A stretch of 32,000 bases of DNA from Candidatus Brocadia sp. (GCA_021650915.1 CP091279.1:3750001-3782000), one strand, 5' to 3'. Numbered from the stretch's first letter, positions 10,178-19,100 are shown. The notes: generated by a model from the letters alone, not told the origin. Numbers and translations: made by a program.

Positions 10178-10565
10178 CAAAAGAGATCAAGAAAGGGCAC
10201 AAAAAATTTATGAAAAAGCAGTATCTTATACGATACTCATGCAAGTCTGCCAATCATGACGATAGCATTTTTCTTCGAAGTACATGCTTGCGATCCCAAA
10301 TACCACATGCGTTGCATTGAATAACACGGACTTTGTTACTGATACCTGTAACTATTCCAAGTGAAACCGTATGGCTGGAATTACGATAATTCACCGTACG
10401 GTCTCAGTGATTTTTATCGTTTTTACAAATCAGAAAGTGGCTCAAGCCTCGGTTATTCCAACCGGGAATTTCAGTTGACCAAGGTATCGGCTGGCCTTGC
10501 CAACACTTTTGGAATCCTACCGTCTTTATCCTGATCGACAGGTGAATCGAATCTTGCCTTCCTCA

Positions 10566-10988
10566 TTACGCCTTCAATTCAGATGTACAAAATGGGCATC
10601 GGGTTGCCTTGAAAGGAATGGCAGAGATGCAGAATGAGCACACTTTCGTTGCTGGTTGCACTACTTTATTTATAACCCGAACTAACATAAAGATCGCGAA
10701 TGCGACAATGATAAAATCAATAACAGTATTGACAAATGCCCCGTACCCGATGGTGGGTGCCCCTGCAGCTTGTGCTTCCGTTCGACTATTGTAGGGTGTA
10801 CCAGATAGATTAACAAAGAGATTACTGAAATCCATTTTCCCAAGAAGCAAACCAATGGGTGGCATGATGATATCATTAACCAGCGAGGTGATGATCTTGC
10901 CAAAAGCAGCTCCTATGATAATACCAACTGCCAAATCGAGGACGTTGCCTCTCATCGCAAATGTCTTAAATTCTTTTAAAATCGACAT
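10566..10988 (-). CDS. mscL: Large-conductance mechanosensitive channel MscL with a C-terminal CxxC-x10-CxxC tail
   Basis: The N-terminus '[50 protein letters not shown]' is a near-canonical MscL N-terminus/TM1. A second TM is '[15 protein letters not shown]'. An AGGAGAGGGAAG SD-like tract lies upstream of the ATG. Confidence 0.95.
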   Translation of the reverse strand: MSILKEFKTFAMRGNVLDLAVGIIIGAAFGKIITSLVNDIIMPPIGLLLGKMDFSNLFVNLSGTPYNSRTEAQAAGAPTIGYGAFVNTVIDFIIVAFAIFMLVRVINKVVQPATKVCSFCISAIPFKATRCPFCTSELKA

Positions 10989-11388
10989 CTTCCCTCTCCT
11001 TTCTCAAAAACGCATTTCCTTAAACGGAACGATAAGATTATGAATTCTATCAGGGAGCACGGTGCTTCTTAACGCAACCCCTGAAAACCTGCCCGATTAT
11101 ATAACTTTAAAAATATACTACAAAATAAGTTAAGGAGTCAATACTATTCTTGCTGGCTATTCTTGCAGAAATTCGAGATGGGTTATGAAATTTTGCGAAT
11201 TGGAAAAAGGTTTCTGGAAAACCAGGAATAAAAGAATTGCAGGAACAGGTATTGCGGGCAAAGCAAGGGATTCTTATTGCCAAAGAAGTACTTTGTTTTT
11301 CCTGCAGTGAGGCCTTACTTTTGTCCTTTATGATCGATACTGACCGGGCTAAGACATAATAAAAATCGGATGTTACAATTGAATTTGA

Positions 11389-13436
11389 GAGCTGGCGCAT
11401 AAGCGAAAAGATTCGTTGTAAATCAGGGAGAAGAGGCGATAGGACGGGGCAATAATTTTGTAAAGTCTACAAAAAGATATCAAGAACGGCAGCATGAAAA
11501 GGCTTGTTTTTCAGGGGAGATGAAAAAATATTTGAAGAAAAGAGGGGAAAAATTACAAAATAGTCGTGCCCATCTTGTATAATAAATCAGGCAAACTATT
11601 CGAAATACCATACAAGGGAGGGCACAGTGAAATGATACCATTATTGAGGAACACAAGCCAGCAAAAACCATTATTCCATATCATTCATGAAGACGACAGA
11701 TATTTGCTGAATACCGATGATGCGGAGTGGTTTCAGGTATTGTACCATTTTCGATACGAAAGATATGTGGGGTTTGGAGTAGACTATTATAATGCGCTGC
11801 ATGAATTTAACCAGAAGCAGGCCAGGGAGCGAGAAGAGCGAGGAGTTGAGGGGGAGAAAGATGCGAGGGAGACCAAGGAGGAAGCGCGGCAGAGATTGCT
11901 CTTTTCACGGGTAACCATGCAGGCAGAGGGTGAGAGAGGAGAAGGGGTTTTATTCGAGGTAAAAAGAGAAGATTTGTCGCTATCGGGGGTATCTCCGGAG
12001 AGTATAGCGCCTGGCAAGGTGCCATTTCGATTTGGGGGGAAAAAGCCGAAGTGTTTTTTTGCTTTGCTGAAGAGTTTTATCGGTGCAACGATAATGGGGT
12101 TTCCCGCCGAGCCGGAAAAGGTGTACCGGTTATTGAAGAGCAATCCCAGTTTTGCGCGGGTATGTGGATTTATTCCCAGACACGTCAGGGACGAGTATTG
12201 CAGTGAGCACATACCAAGCCTTCGGAAGCTGGAGCAGTTTGACCAGATCATGAAAGAAAGCGGGATATGGGCGAGGATAAAAGTGGAAGAGGTGAAAGCG
12301 AACATAACGAGTGGGATCATAAGAAAGGAAAATGAGTTGGTGGGAGACACGACCCATTATTACGCGTATTCGGGCTTTGAGACCGTAGTATATAAAGATG
12401 CGAGTGGCAAAGAGCAGAAGAAATCGCAGTCAAAGGTAACCAAGAGGTGTGGTTGCGAAGATAAGCAGGGGTGCAGTCATTCGTGGGGATTGAGTGATGA
12501 TGGGGCGGGGACAATCGTAAAATCCGGGGGAAAGATGTATTGGGGTCACAAGGCAAGTGTGCTTGGGTATCCCCGTCAAGGGATACCCTTAGATGCGCGT
12601 GCGATAAAGGATGCGGCGAACCTTTGATGGAATGACCTTATACCCGCACGTGAAGGAAGTCTTTGAGATGTATCCGGAGATTCAACCGTCGGTAGAAAGG
12701 GTATTGTATGATAGCGCAGGCGATAGTGATGAAATCAAGAAGAAATTCAGGGAGAATCTGGGTATAGAGGTAAAGGTGTCTTTCAATCCAAGAAGGAAAA
12801 AGGAGATCACGGAAGATTTGCCACGAGGAATAGACAAGATTACACCGTATGGTATTCCGGTGTGTAAGGCGGGATACGAGATGGAATATCAGGGGATGAG
12901 ATACGAACATGAGAAGTTTATCTATCAAGCGCCAAAGGATTCAGACAATGCGCCGGTATGTCGCGCTTGTTATCATCGCGAGGATTGTTGCCCAAACGCT
13001 ACCGGTGGCAGGATAATCAATATCTCGTTTGATCTCTTGCCACACATAGACCCCAAAGACCCTCCGATGGCGAAGAGGTACAAGGCCATCATGTCCCGTC
13101 GTCCTGCGGTGGAAAGGATGATAAAACGGTTGAAGTGTGACTTTGGGGATGATCGGCTCACGAAGCGGGGAAACGATTCGTTCCAGGCATACCTGGATAA
13201 AACCATGATTGCGTTTCATGTCTTGTTAAGAAACTAAATCTGGTTTTCAGCGTAAAAGAGTCGTCGTGTGGAGGGATGGTACGTCTGGAATTCGGCTTAT
13301 TTGGTCTGGTGTCCTCTGACGAATCGTTTTTCTCTCTCTTTGACCTCGTTTTTGAGTGAAATCCGTTTCTCTGTCAATGCACACATGATGCAGTTCCGCC
13401 TTTTCATGGCTTGTTTTTTAGTTTATGCGCAGGCTC
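11389..13436 (+). mobile_element. Insertion sequence, IS1182/IS5-like (copy 1, 2048 bp), transposase frameshifted
   Basis: Its sequence is repeated at 22060-24106; I see 6 substitutions and 1 single-base indel between the copies. The terminal imperfect IRs are GAGCTGGCGCATAAGC (left) and GAGCCTGCGCATAAAC (reverse complement of the right end). It is flanked by the 4-bp direct repeat TTGA (11385-11388 and 13437-13440). Confidence 0.9.
11632..13237 (+). pseudogene. DDE transposase (IS1182/IS5-like), disrupted by a +1 frameshift near 12620
   Basis: The gene is split into two ORFs (11566..12627 and 12611..13237) that are collinear with the intact 556-aa ORF of copy 2. Copy 1 reads GCGAACCTTTGATGG where copy 2 reads GCGACCTTTGGTGG. 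The likely start is ATG 11632, 9 nt after GGGAGGG. The GTG at 11566 overlaps a TATAAT box (11578-11583). Confidence 0.85.
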
Positions 13437-13474
13437 TTGATGGTAATCAGAAAATAAGGTATCCTGTTTATTGA

Positions 13475-13708
13475 TCAACAATCGATGGAATTACGGCAAC
13501 AAATTTCAAAAGACAGTTACGGGCGCTGGAAATTGAAGGTGGTGCATTGACGGCACTGGCTTTTGCGTCGAAGCCACCTTTCCCGGCTTTACGAAAGGAT
13601 ATTGGCCATTACCCCGCCACAGAGAAAGAAGATGCCGTGATTCTCCCGATTATCGTAAGCCCGGCAGGTTTGAGCGAACACGGAGCATCTCACGGTTTCA
13701 GGCAATAA
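13475..13708 (+). pseudogene. Start-less 77-codon open frame, probable remnant of a decayed gene
   Basis: The open frame has no ATG/GTG/TTG near its 5' end: STIDGITATNFKRQLRALEIEGGALTALAFASKPPFPALRKDIGHYPATEKEDAVILPIIVSPAGLSEHGASHGFRQ*. The same frame continues leftwards across the IS insertion site when the IS plus one TSD copy is removed. It is interrupted only by in-frame stops at 13472, 11357-11362 and 11186. Confidence 0.3.
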
Positions 13709-13872
13709 ATCCACCAAGCCACTTGTTTTCGGCATGTCGAAGGATGAAAAAGAAACTGCGAAAGCCGGTACTGGCACCGGCAATGCAACGGTTACCTGCG
13801 CACAGGAAGAAACGCTTCCGGCAATGGGACATATTTCTTGATTTTAGCGGCAAATTTTGATATTTTCAAAAA

Positions 13873-14994
13873 ATGAAAATGTTGCTACGATTGTCACCCA
13901 TATCAGATATCCTCCAAAAGGCAGCAAGGGGTAAGCGCCTCAGTTTTGAGGACGGTGTAAGGCTCTTCATGTCCAACGATATTCTTTCTATCGGTCATAC
14001 TGCGAATATCGTCCGTGAATGGAAAAACGGCAATAAGGCATATTACATTACCAATCGTCATATCAATTACTCTAATATCTGCAAGAACCGGTGTAAGTTC
14101 TGCGCCTTTAGCAGAGAGAAGGAATCTCCAGACTCGTATGAAATGGCTTTGGATGAAATTCTCGAAAAGGCCCTGGCTGCAGCTGAAGGCGGCGCAACGG
14201 AACTCCATATCGTAGGCGGATTGCACCCGGATCTTCCCTTTGATTTTTATGTAAAGATGATTCGAGAGATTCACGAAAGCTGTCCTGACGTTCACATCCA
14301 GGCATTCACGGCGATAGAAATCGAACATCTGTCTCAGGTTGCAAGACTTTCCGTGCGTCAGACCCTGATGGCACTCAAAGAGGCGGGGCTTGGCTCCCTG
14401 CCGGGTGGCGGCGCTGAGGTCTTTTCTCCAAAAATCCGGGAGCATCTTTGTCCGGAAAAACTCAGTGGTGAAGGATGGCTGCAGGTGATGCGTGATGCCC
14501 ATACTCTGGGATTGAGAAGCAACGCGACGATGCTCTACGGGCATGTCGAAACACCTGAAGACAGGATCAGTCATCTGATAAAACTAAGAGAACTTCAGGA
14601 CGAGACCGGTGGATTTCTGACTTTTATCCCGCTTGCATTCCATCCAAAAAATACAGAGATGTCAGACAGTTCGGGCACTACCGCTTTGTTAGATTTAAAG
14701 GTCATTGCCATCAGCCGGTTGATGCTCGATAATTTTGATCACATCAAGGCATACTGGATTATGCTGGGAATCAAGCTGTCACAGGTCGCTCTCGGCTTCG
14801 GCGTGGATGATATTGACGGTACGGTACAAGAGGAAAAAATCACCCATGCCGCAGGGGCAGAAACGCCAGAGGCCTTGTCCATCCGAGAAATCATCAAGCT
14901 TATTGAAGAGGCTGGCCGTGAGCCCGTTGAACGTGACACGCTATATAATCCCGTAAAGCGAAAACAACGAAATTTTATGCTCCAACAAGTATGA
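13873..14994 (+). CDS. Radical SAM enzyme of the futalosine menaquinone pathway (MqnE/MqnC, CofH-like family); MqnE versus MqnC not resolved
   Basis: The radical-SAM cluster motif is 'NYSNICKNRCKFCAF' (CxxxCxxC). Other family motifs are 'GGATELHIVGGLHPD', 'MLYGHVET' and 'FIPLAFHP'. The ~370-aa size is typical of this family. Confidence 0.85.
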   Translation: MKMLLRLSPISDILQKAARGKRLSFEDGVRLFMSNDILSIGHTANIVREWKNGNKAYYITNRHINYSNICKNRCKFCAFSREKESPDSYEMALDEILEKALAAAEGGATELHIVGGLHPDLPFDFYVKMIREIHESCPDVHIQAFTAIEIEHLSQVARLSVRQTLMALKEAGLGSLPGGGAEVFSPKIREHLCPEKLSGEGWLQVMRDAHTLGLRSNATMLYGHVETPEDRISHLIKLRELQDETGGFLTFIPLAFHPKNTEMSDSSGTTALLDLKVIAISRLMLDNFDHIKAYWIMLGIKLSQVALGFGVDDIDGTVQEEKITHAAGAETPEALSIREIIKLIEEAGREPVERDTLYNPVKRKQRNFMLQQV

Positions 14995-15030
14995 AGCAAC
15001 GTGAGCTTGATGCGGGGAATTTCAATCTTT

Positions 15031-15058
15031 GGAGAGACAATTCATGAATTGTCTCTCC
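15031..15058 (+). terminator. Perfect 28-nt palindrome (hairpin) 37 nt downstream of the mqn gene; terminator-like but lacks a U-tract
   Basis: GGAGAGACAATTCATGAATTGTCTCTCC is self-complementary over its full length, giving a stem of about 12-13 bp. No T-run follows on either strand. Confidence 0.4.
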
Positions 15059-15145
15059 ATAACCAGGAAATGATGAAGAAGGCTTAATTTATAAATCTAA
15101 AGTTTTTTGTTTCCGTTTGTCCCGGTGGAGAGGTTTTTATCATTT

Positions 15146-17071
15146 ATGAATACATTTCCGAAACTCTTTAGTCCGTTTCAGATGGGCTCTCTGAGCATAA
15201 AGAATCGCATGGTCATGTCTCCTATGGAGACCCATTTATGCGATAAAGAGGGTTTTGTGACCGAGGAGATTATTGCTTACTACAAAGAACGCGTTTTGGG
15301 TGGGGTTGGGTATATTACCCTGGAAAATACTGCCGTTGAACCCGTCGGCAGGGTCAATGACGGCATGTTATGTATACACAACGATGCCTTTATTCCCCAC
15401 TTAAGAAAACTCACGGATTGCATCCATGCCGCAGGTGGAAAGATTGTCATTCAGTTAAGTCATGCGGGGAAAGAGGCCTTGCCGTACTTTACCGGTTTGA
15501 AGCCGGTAGCCCCGTCTGCCATTCCGAGTCCCTTGACCAAGGAAATGCCCAGAGAATTAACGACGGAGGAAATCAGAGACCTTGTCAATACATTTATCCA
15601 GGGCGCTGTTCGGGCCATAAATGCAGGGTTTGACGGTATTGAAATCCATATGGCGCACGGCTATCTGGTAAATCAATTTCTTTCTCCGGAATCTAATATA
15701 CGCACAGACGATTACGGAGGAGACACTGCCCGCCGTACACGATTCGCGCAGAAAATTGTTGAAGGTATCCGAAGGTGTGCACCCAGCGAGTACCCCGTTA
15801 TTTGTCGTATCAGCGCGGATGAATATACGGATACGGGTCTGAAACTGGAGGAAAGCAAAGAGATTGCCAGAATCCTTGAAAGGGCTGGTGCAAGCGCTAT
15901 TCACGTCTCCGCGTGCAACTATGCATCTGCATTTTTCAACATACCCTGTTATTATTTGGAAGAGGGATGTTTTGTTCACCTTGCAGAGGGCATTAAGGCT
16001 GTTGTAACCATACCCGTATTAGCGGTTGGCAGGATTTTAAATCCCGCTATGGCTGAAGACATCTTGCAGGAAAACAAGGCAGACCTCATTGTACTGGGGC
16101 GTACCCTTATTGCCGATCCACATTTTCCTAACAAGGTGAAGGACGGCAGGCTGGATGACATTAGAACCTGTATCAGCTGCAACCGGTGTATTGAAAGCAT
16201 CTCTGATAAAAGGTTGGTATGTACGGTCAATCCCGTTATTGGCAAAGAAAAAACATACCATATGATAAAAACCACTAAACCAAAAAGGATACTCGTTGTC
16301 GGGGGTGGGCCTGCAGGCCTATCGGCTGCTCAGGTATTATCAGGCCGGGGGCATAAGGTTACCCTGTGGGAAAAAGGATCACGGCTTGGCGGAAGTTTCT
16401 GTTATGCATCATTGGCGCCTAAGAAAGAGGCTTTAGGGAAATTTCTCGATTATTTAATACTCCAGGTTAAAAAAACTGGCGCTGCCATCCAGCTTAACAC
16501 TGAAGCGACGGCGGAATCAATCAAACAATTTTCTCCTGATGTCGTTGTTCTTGCGCATGGCGCCCGGAATGTGCTGGTTGAGATCAGCGGTGCACAGAAG
16601 AACGATACGATCGACGTGAAGCATGCCTTCATAACGGCTGATTCTCTTGGAAACAACATTGCTATCGTTGGAGGGGGTCCTGAGGGTTGTGAACTTGCCG
16701 ACTTTCTCATCTCCTGCGGAAAGAAGATTACCCTCATAGAAATGAGGCGTATGCTGGGGTTGGGACTCGTTGCTCACCCCCGGTATCACGTGTGCGAACG
16801 GCTTAAGAAGATGGGGGCACAATTACACATCAACACAAAAGTTGTTGAGGTCGGGCACCATTTTCTCATTATTAATCGACGACGGGAGGCAGATCAAAAA
16901 CTCGAGGGATTTGACACCATCGTCATTCCCACTCTCCACCAGCCGAACCTTGCACTTGCTGACGCTATCAAACCCTTTGTTCCTGAGGTTTACACGGCTG
17001 GTGACGCTGTGGAAGGCCGTACCGCCCTCGAAGCCATCGCTGATGGGGTAGAGATTGGAATGAAAGTATAG
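15146..17071 (+). CDS. NADH:flavin oxidoreductase with Fe-S and FAD/NAD(P)-binding domains (2,4-dienoyl-CoA reductase FadH-like / OYE family)
   Basis: OYE-type N-terminal motifs are '[20 protein letters not shown]' and '[14 protein letters not shown]'. The Cys cluster is '[18 protein letters not shown]'. Two dinucleotide-binding motifs are present, '[14 protein letters not shown]' and '[14 protein letters not shown]'. I prefer ATG 15146 (GGTGGAGAGG upstream) over the TTG 15107 of the ORF track. Confidence 0.85.
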   Translation: MNTFPKLFSPFQMGSLSIKNRMVMSPMETHLCDKEGFVTEEIIAYYKERVLGGVGYITLENTAVEPVGRVNDGMLCIHNDAFIPHLRKLTDCIHAAGGKIVIQLSHAGKEALPYFTGLKPVAPSAIPSPLTKEMPRELTTEEIRDLVNTFIQGAVRAINAGFDGIEIHMAHGYLVNQFLSPESNIRTDDYGGDTARRTRFAQKIVEGIRRCAPSEYPVICRISADEYTDTGLKLEESKEIARILERAGASAIHVSACNYASAFFNIPCYYLEEGCFVHLAEGIKAVVTIPVLAVGRILNPAMAEDILQENKADLIVLGRTLIADPHFPNKVKDGRLDDIRTCISCNRCIESISDKRLVCTVNPVIGKEKTYHMIKTTKPKRILVVGGGPAGLSAAQVLSGRGHKVTLWEKGSRLGGSFCYASLAPKKEALGKFLDYLILQVKKTGAAIQLNTEATAESIKQFSPDVVVLAHGARNVLVEISGAQKNDTIDVKHAFITADSLGNNIAIVGGGPEGCELADFLISCGKKITLIEMRRMLGLGLVAHPRYHVCERLKKMGAQLHINTKVVEVGHHFLIINRRREADQKLEGFDTIVIPTLHQPNLALADAIKPFVPEVYTAGDAVEGRTALEAIADGVEIGMKV

Positions 17072-17265
17072 AACAGTGAGTAGCCCACGAAGAATCTGTT
17101 GTCCTTGGGCCTGATGGCGCTCTCCTGCCGTCTCATGGATAAGTTGGCACAACACGCGGTAGTCCAACGTTATCGCAATTAACGCCAATGGGTACGCGGC
17201 AGGAGATGAAGACGGGACACTCCAGAGTATCACCATTTTGTATGGCGGGAAAAAATCCTGCAAAC

Positions 17266-18039
17266 ATGGAACTAACGATTATTGGCTCAGGTACGGGAAT
17301 ACCCTCGAGGACGCGGGCATATCCCTGTACTCTGGTAAAGATCAAGAAAAACCACTTGGTTTTTGATACCGGTCCGGGTTCTTTACGGCAGTTGTTCCTT
17401 GCAGGGATTACCTATTTAGAAATCGACCATCTCTACTATTCTCATTTTCACGCTGATCACTCGTTAGACCTCGTTTCCATCCTTTTTGCAATGCGATGCA
17501 ATGATCCAAAAAGAACCAAGCCACTTTCTGTTTCCGGTCCTGTGGGTTTGAGAACATTTTATGAAGGTTTGCTATCGGTATTTGGTGAAACCATAAAACC
17601 GAAAACTTACGACCTGCATTTCAGAGAAATTGAGAAAGAGGAAATAATCTTTGATGGATGGAAAATTATTGCAGAACCATTGCGACACACAACGTCAATG
17701 CATAGCATCGGTTATCGTATAGAATCCGCGGAGGGGAAAACGTTAACCTATTCCGGAGATACAGGGTACTGCAACGGGATTCTTCGTCTCGCGAAAAAAG
17801 TGAATACGTTGGTTCTTGAATGTTCCTTTCCAGATGATCAAGAGGTCGAAGGACATCTTACCCCCAGCCTGTGTGCACAAATTGCGGATGAATCCCAGTG
17901 TGACAGATTGGTGTTATCGCACTTTTATCCCGTATTCGATACTTTCAGAAAAGATCACAAACATTTGCCGGATACCCTGAAAGACATTTACAAAGGGGAA
18001 ATCGTCTTTGCGGAAGACTTTACCAGAATTCCTCTCTAA
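17266..18039 (+). CDS. MBL-fold metallo-hydrolase (RNase Z / PhnP-like)
   Basis: The N-terminus 'MELTIIGSGTGIPS' and the motif 'YYSHFHADH' (HxHxDH) are present, with downstream His/Asp ligands ('LRHTTSMHSIGY', 'YSGDTGY', 'LSHFYP'). The ORF track start 17188 adds 26 non-conserved residues. Confidence 0.8.
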   Translation: MELTIIGSGTGIPSRTRAYPCTLVKIKKNHLVFDTGPGSLRQLFLAGITYLEIDHLYYSHFHADHSLDLVSILFAMRCNDPKRTKPLSVSGPVGLRTFYEGLLSVFGETIKPKTYDLHFREIEKEEIIFDGWKIIAEPLRHTTSMHSIGYRIESAEGKTLTYSGDTGYCNGILRLAKKVNTLVLECSFPDDQEVEGHLTPSLCAQIADESQCDRLVLSHFYPVFDTFRKDHKHLPDTLKDIYKGEIVFAEDFTRIPL

Positions 18040-18059
18040 ACCTTTGTTTCCCGGATGAA

Positions 18060-18623
18060 ATGAGCCGTGGTATGAAAAAAGGAAAATCGCATGACAAAGT
18101 GCGGTATGCGTTTCTTGTCTGTGATATGTTAAATGATTTTGTCAAAGAAGGTGCCGCCCTTGAAGTGCCCAGGGCAAGAACCATCATCGGGAACATGAAA
18201 AAAGAACTGAAAAAGGCAAGAAAGAACCGCATTCCCGTTATCTATTGCTGCGATGCACACAAAAATAGTGACCCTGAATTTAACCTATGGCCACGGCATG
18301 CGGTAAGGGGCACGGATGGCGCACTGGTTATTGAACAACTCAGGCCACAGAAACGAGATTACAGAGTTCAGAAAACCAGCTATTCCTGTTTCTATAAAAC
18401 ATCTCTGGATAGGATATTAAAAAAATTAGGAATAACCCATGTAATCATAACCGGGGTTGTTACCAATATCTGTGTATTATACACTGCAGCGGATGCCTAT
18501 ATGAGGGGGTATAAAATTGTCGTGCCTGATCATTGTGTCGCAGCGCTTACCATACGAGAGCACCAATTTGCCCTCCAACAGATGAAGCGTATCTTCCATG
18601 CGAATGTTATCTCAGTCTTATGA
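18060..18623 (+). CDS. Isochorismatase-family cysteine hydrolase (nicotinamidase-like)
   Basis: 'AFLVCDMLNDF' carries the catalytic Asp, 'VQKTSYSCF' the Lys and 'ITGVVTNICVLYTAADA' the nucleophilic Cys. 'CCDAH...WPRHAVRGTDGA' resembles the PncA metal/substrate site. The gene lies 20 nt after the MBL gene, so the two are probably co-transcribed. Confidence 0.85.
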   Translation: MSRGMKKGKSHDKVRYAFLVCDMLNDFVKEGAALEVPRARTIIGNMKKELKKARKNRIPVIYCCDAHKNSDPEFNLWPRHAVRGTDGALVIEQLRPQKRDYRVQKTSYSCFYKTSLDRILKKLGITHVIITGVVTNICVLYTAADAYMRGYKIVVPDHCVAALTIREHQFALQQMKRIFHANVISVL

Positions 18624-18640
18624 TTTTGTGGAAACAGAAA

Positions 18641-18670
18641 GGGCATATGAAATATATATTTCATATGCCC
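18641..18670. terminator. Bidirectional rho-independent terminator between convergent genes
   Basis: This is a perfect 30-nt palindrome, GGGCATATGAAATATATATTTCATATGCCC. It is followed by CTTTTTCTTC on the + strand, and its reverse complement is followed by TTTCTGTTTCC on the - strand. It lies between the stop of the isochorismatase gene (18623) and the stop of the cytochrome gene (18720). Confidence 0.75.
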
Positions 18671-18719
18671 CTTTTTCTTCAATTCTGGGAAAAAAATGTC
18701 TGACAGATCTAGGATAAGG

Positions 18720-19100
18720 TTATTTTGTACCAAAATTCCTTACAATCTCCACCATCTTCTCAATCATTTCTGGAGACATTTTTCCCTGATAGCCGGGGCA
18801 TTTCCCTTTTCCTGCATTAATATGTTTTACCAGTCCTTCATCCGTTTTTGAGCTCTGGAATGCTGGATCAGTAAAATCAGGTACTCCATATTCATGTCCT
18901 TTGGCAGTGCCCTTGCCACCATTTCCGTGGCAGTAATAACAGCTCTCCTGTACTGCAAAACCAAGGCCGGCAAAAATGGTATAGGGGCTTTTGGTTGTGT
19001 CGCCTGGAGTATGATGCGTTAACGCCCAGGCAGAGCTTCCTAAAGAAAGTCCCAATCCTGCAACAACAGGTATAATATACGATAAACGGAACAATTTCAT
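18720..19100 (-). CDS. Monoheme class I c-type cytochrome, secreted
   Basis: There is a signal peptide (MKLFRLSYIIPVVAGLGLSLGSSAWA), a single heme motif 'CYYCHGNGGKG' and a candidate distal Met in 'GKMSPEMIEKM'. The ORF-track ATG at 19118 is part of ATGAGGAGGG, which serves as the SD for ATG 19100. Confidence 0.85.
   Translation of the reverse strand: MKLFRLSYIIPVVAGLGLSLGSSAWALTHHTPGDTTKSPYTIFAGLGFAVQESCYYCHGNGGKGTAKGHEYGVPDFTDPAFQSSKTDEGLVKHINAGKGKCPGYQGKMSPEMIEKMVEIVRNFGTK

Noticed and set aside
10530-10560. T-loop-like GGTGAATCGAATC, considered as a possible tRNA
   Set aside because: No acceptor, D or anticodon arms can be built around it, and it does not match the GGTTCGAATCC consensus.
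11107-11400. 97-aa ORF on the - strand starting 'MRQL', the same first four residues as ORF 21172..22071
   Set aside because: The ATG and first codons (ATGCGCCAGCTC) lie inside the left inverted repeat of the IS, which is why both ORFs begin identically. Without the IS the frame has no start codon (upstream TGA, no Met anywhere). It is an artefact of the insertion.
11787-12350. 187-aa - strand ORF present in both IS copies (also at 22458..23021)
   Set aside because: It is antisense to the transposase gene. Its duplication simply reflects duplication of the IS. The composition is low-complexity Ser/Pro/Leu.
13903-14574. 223-aa - strand ORF
   Set aside because: It is fully antisense to the well-supported radical-SAM gene and has no recognisable motifs.
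16823-17263. 146-aa - strand ORF spanning the oxidoreductase 3' end and the following spacer
   Set aside because: Most of it is antisense to the FadH-like gene, with no recognisable features.
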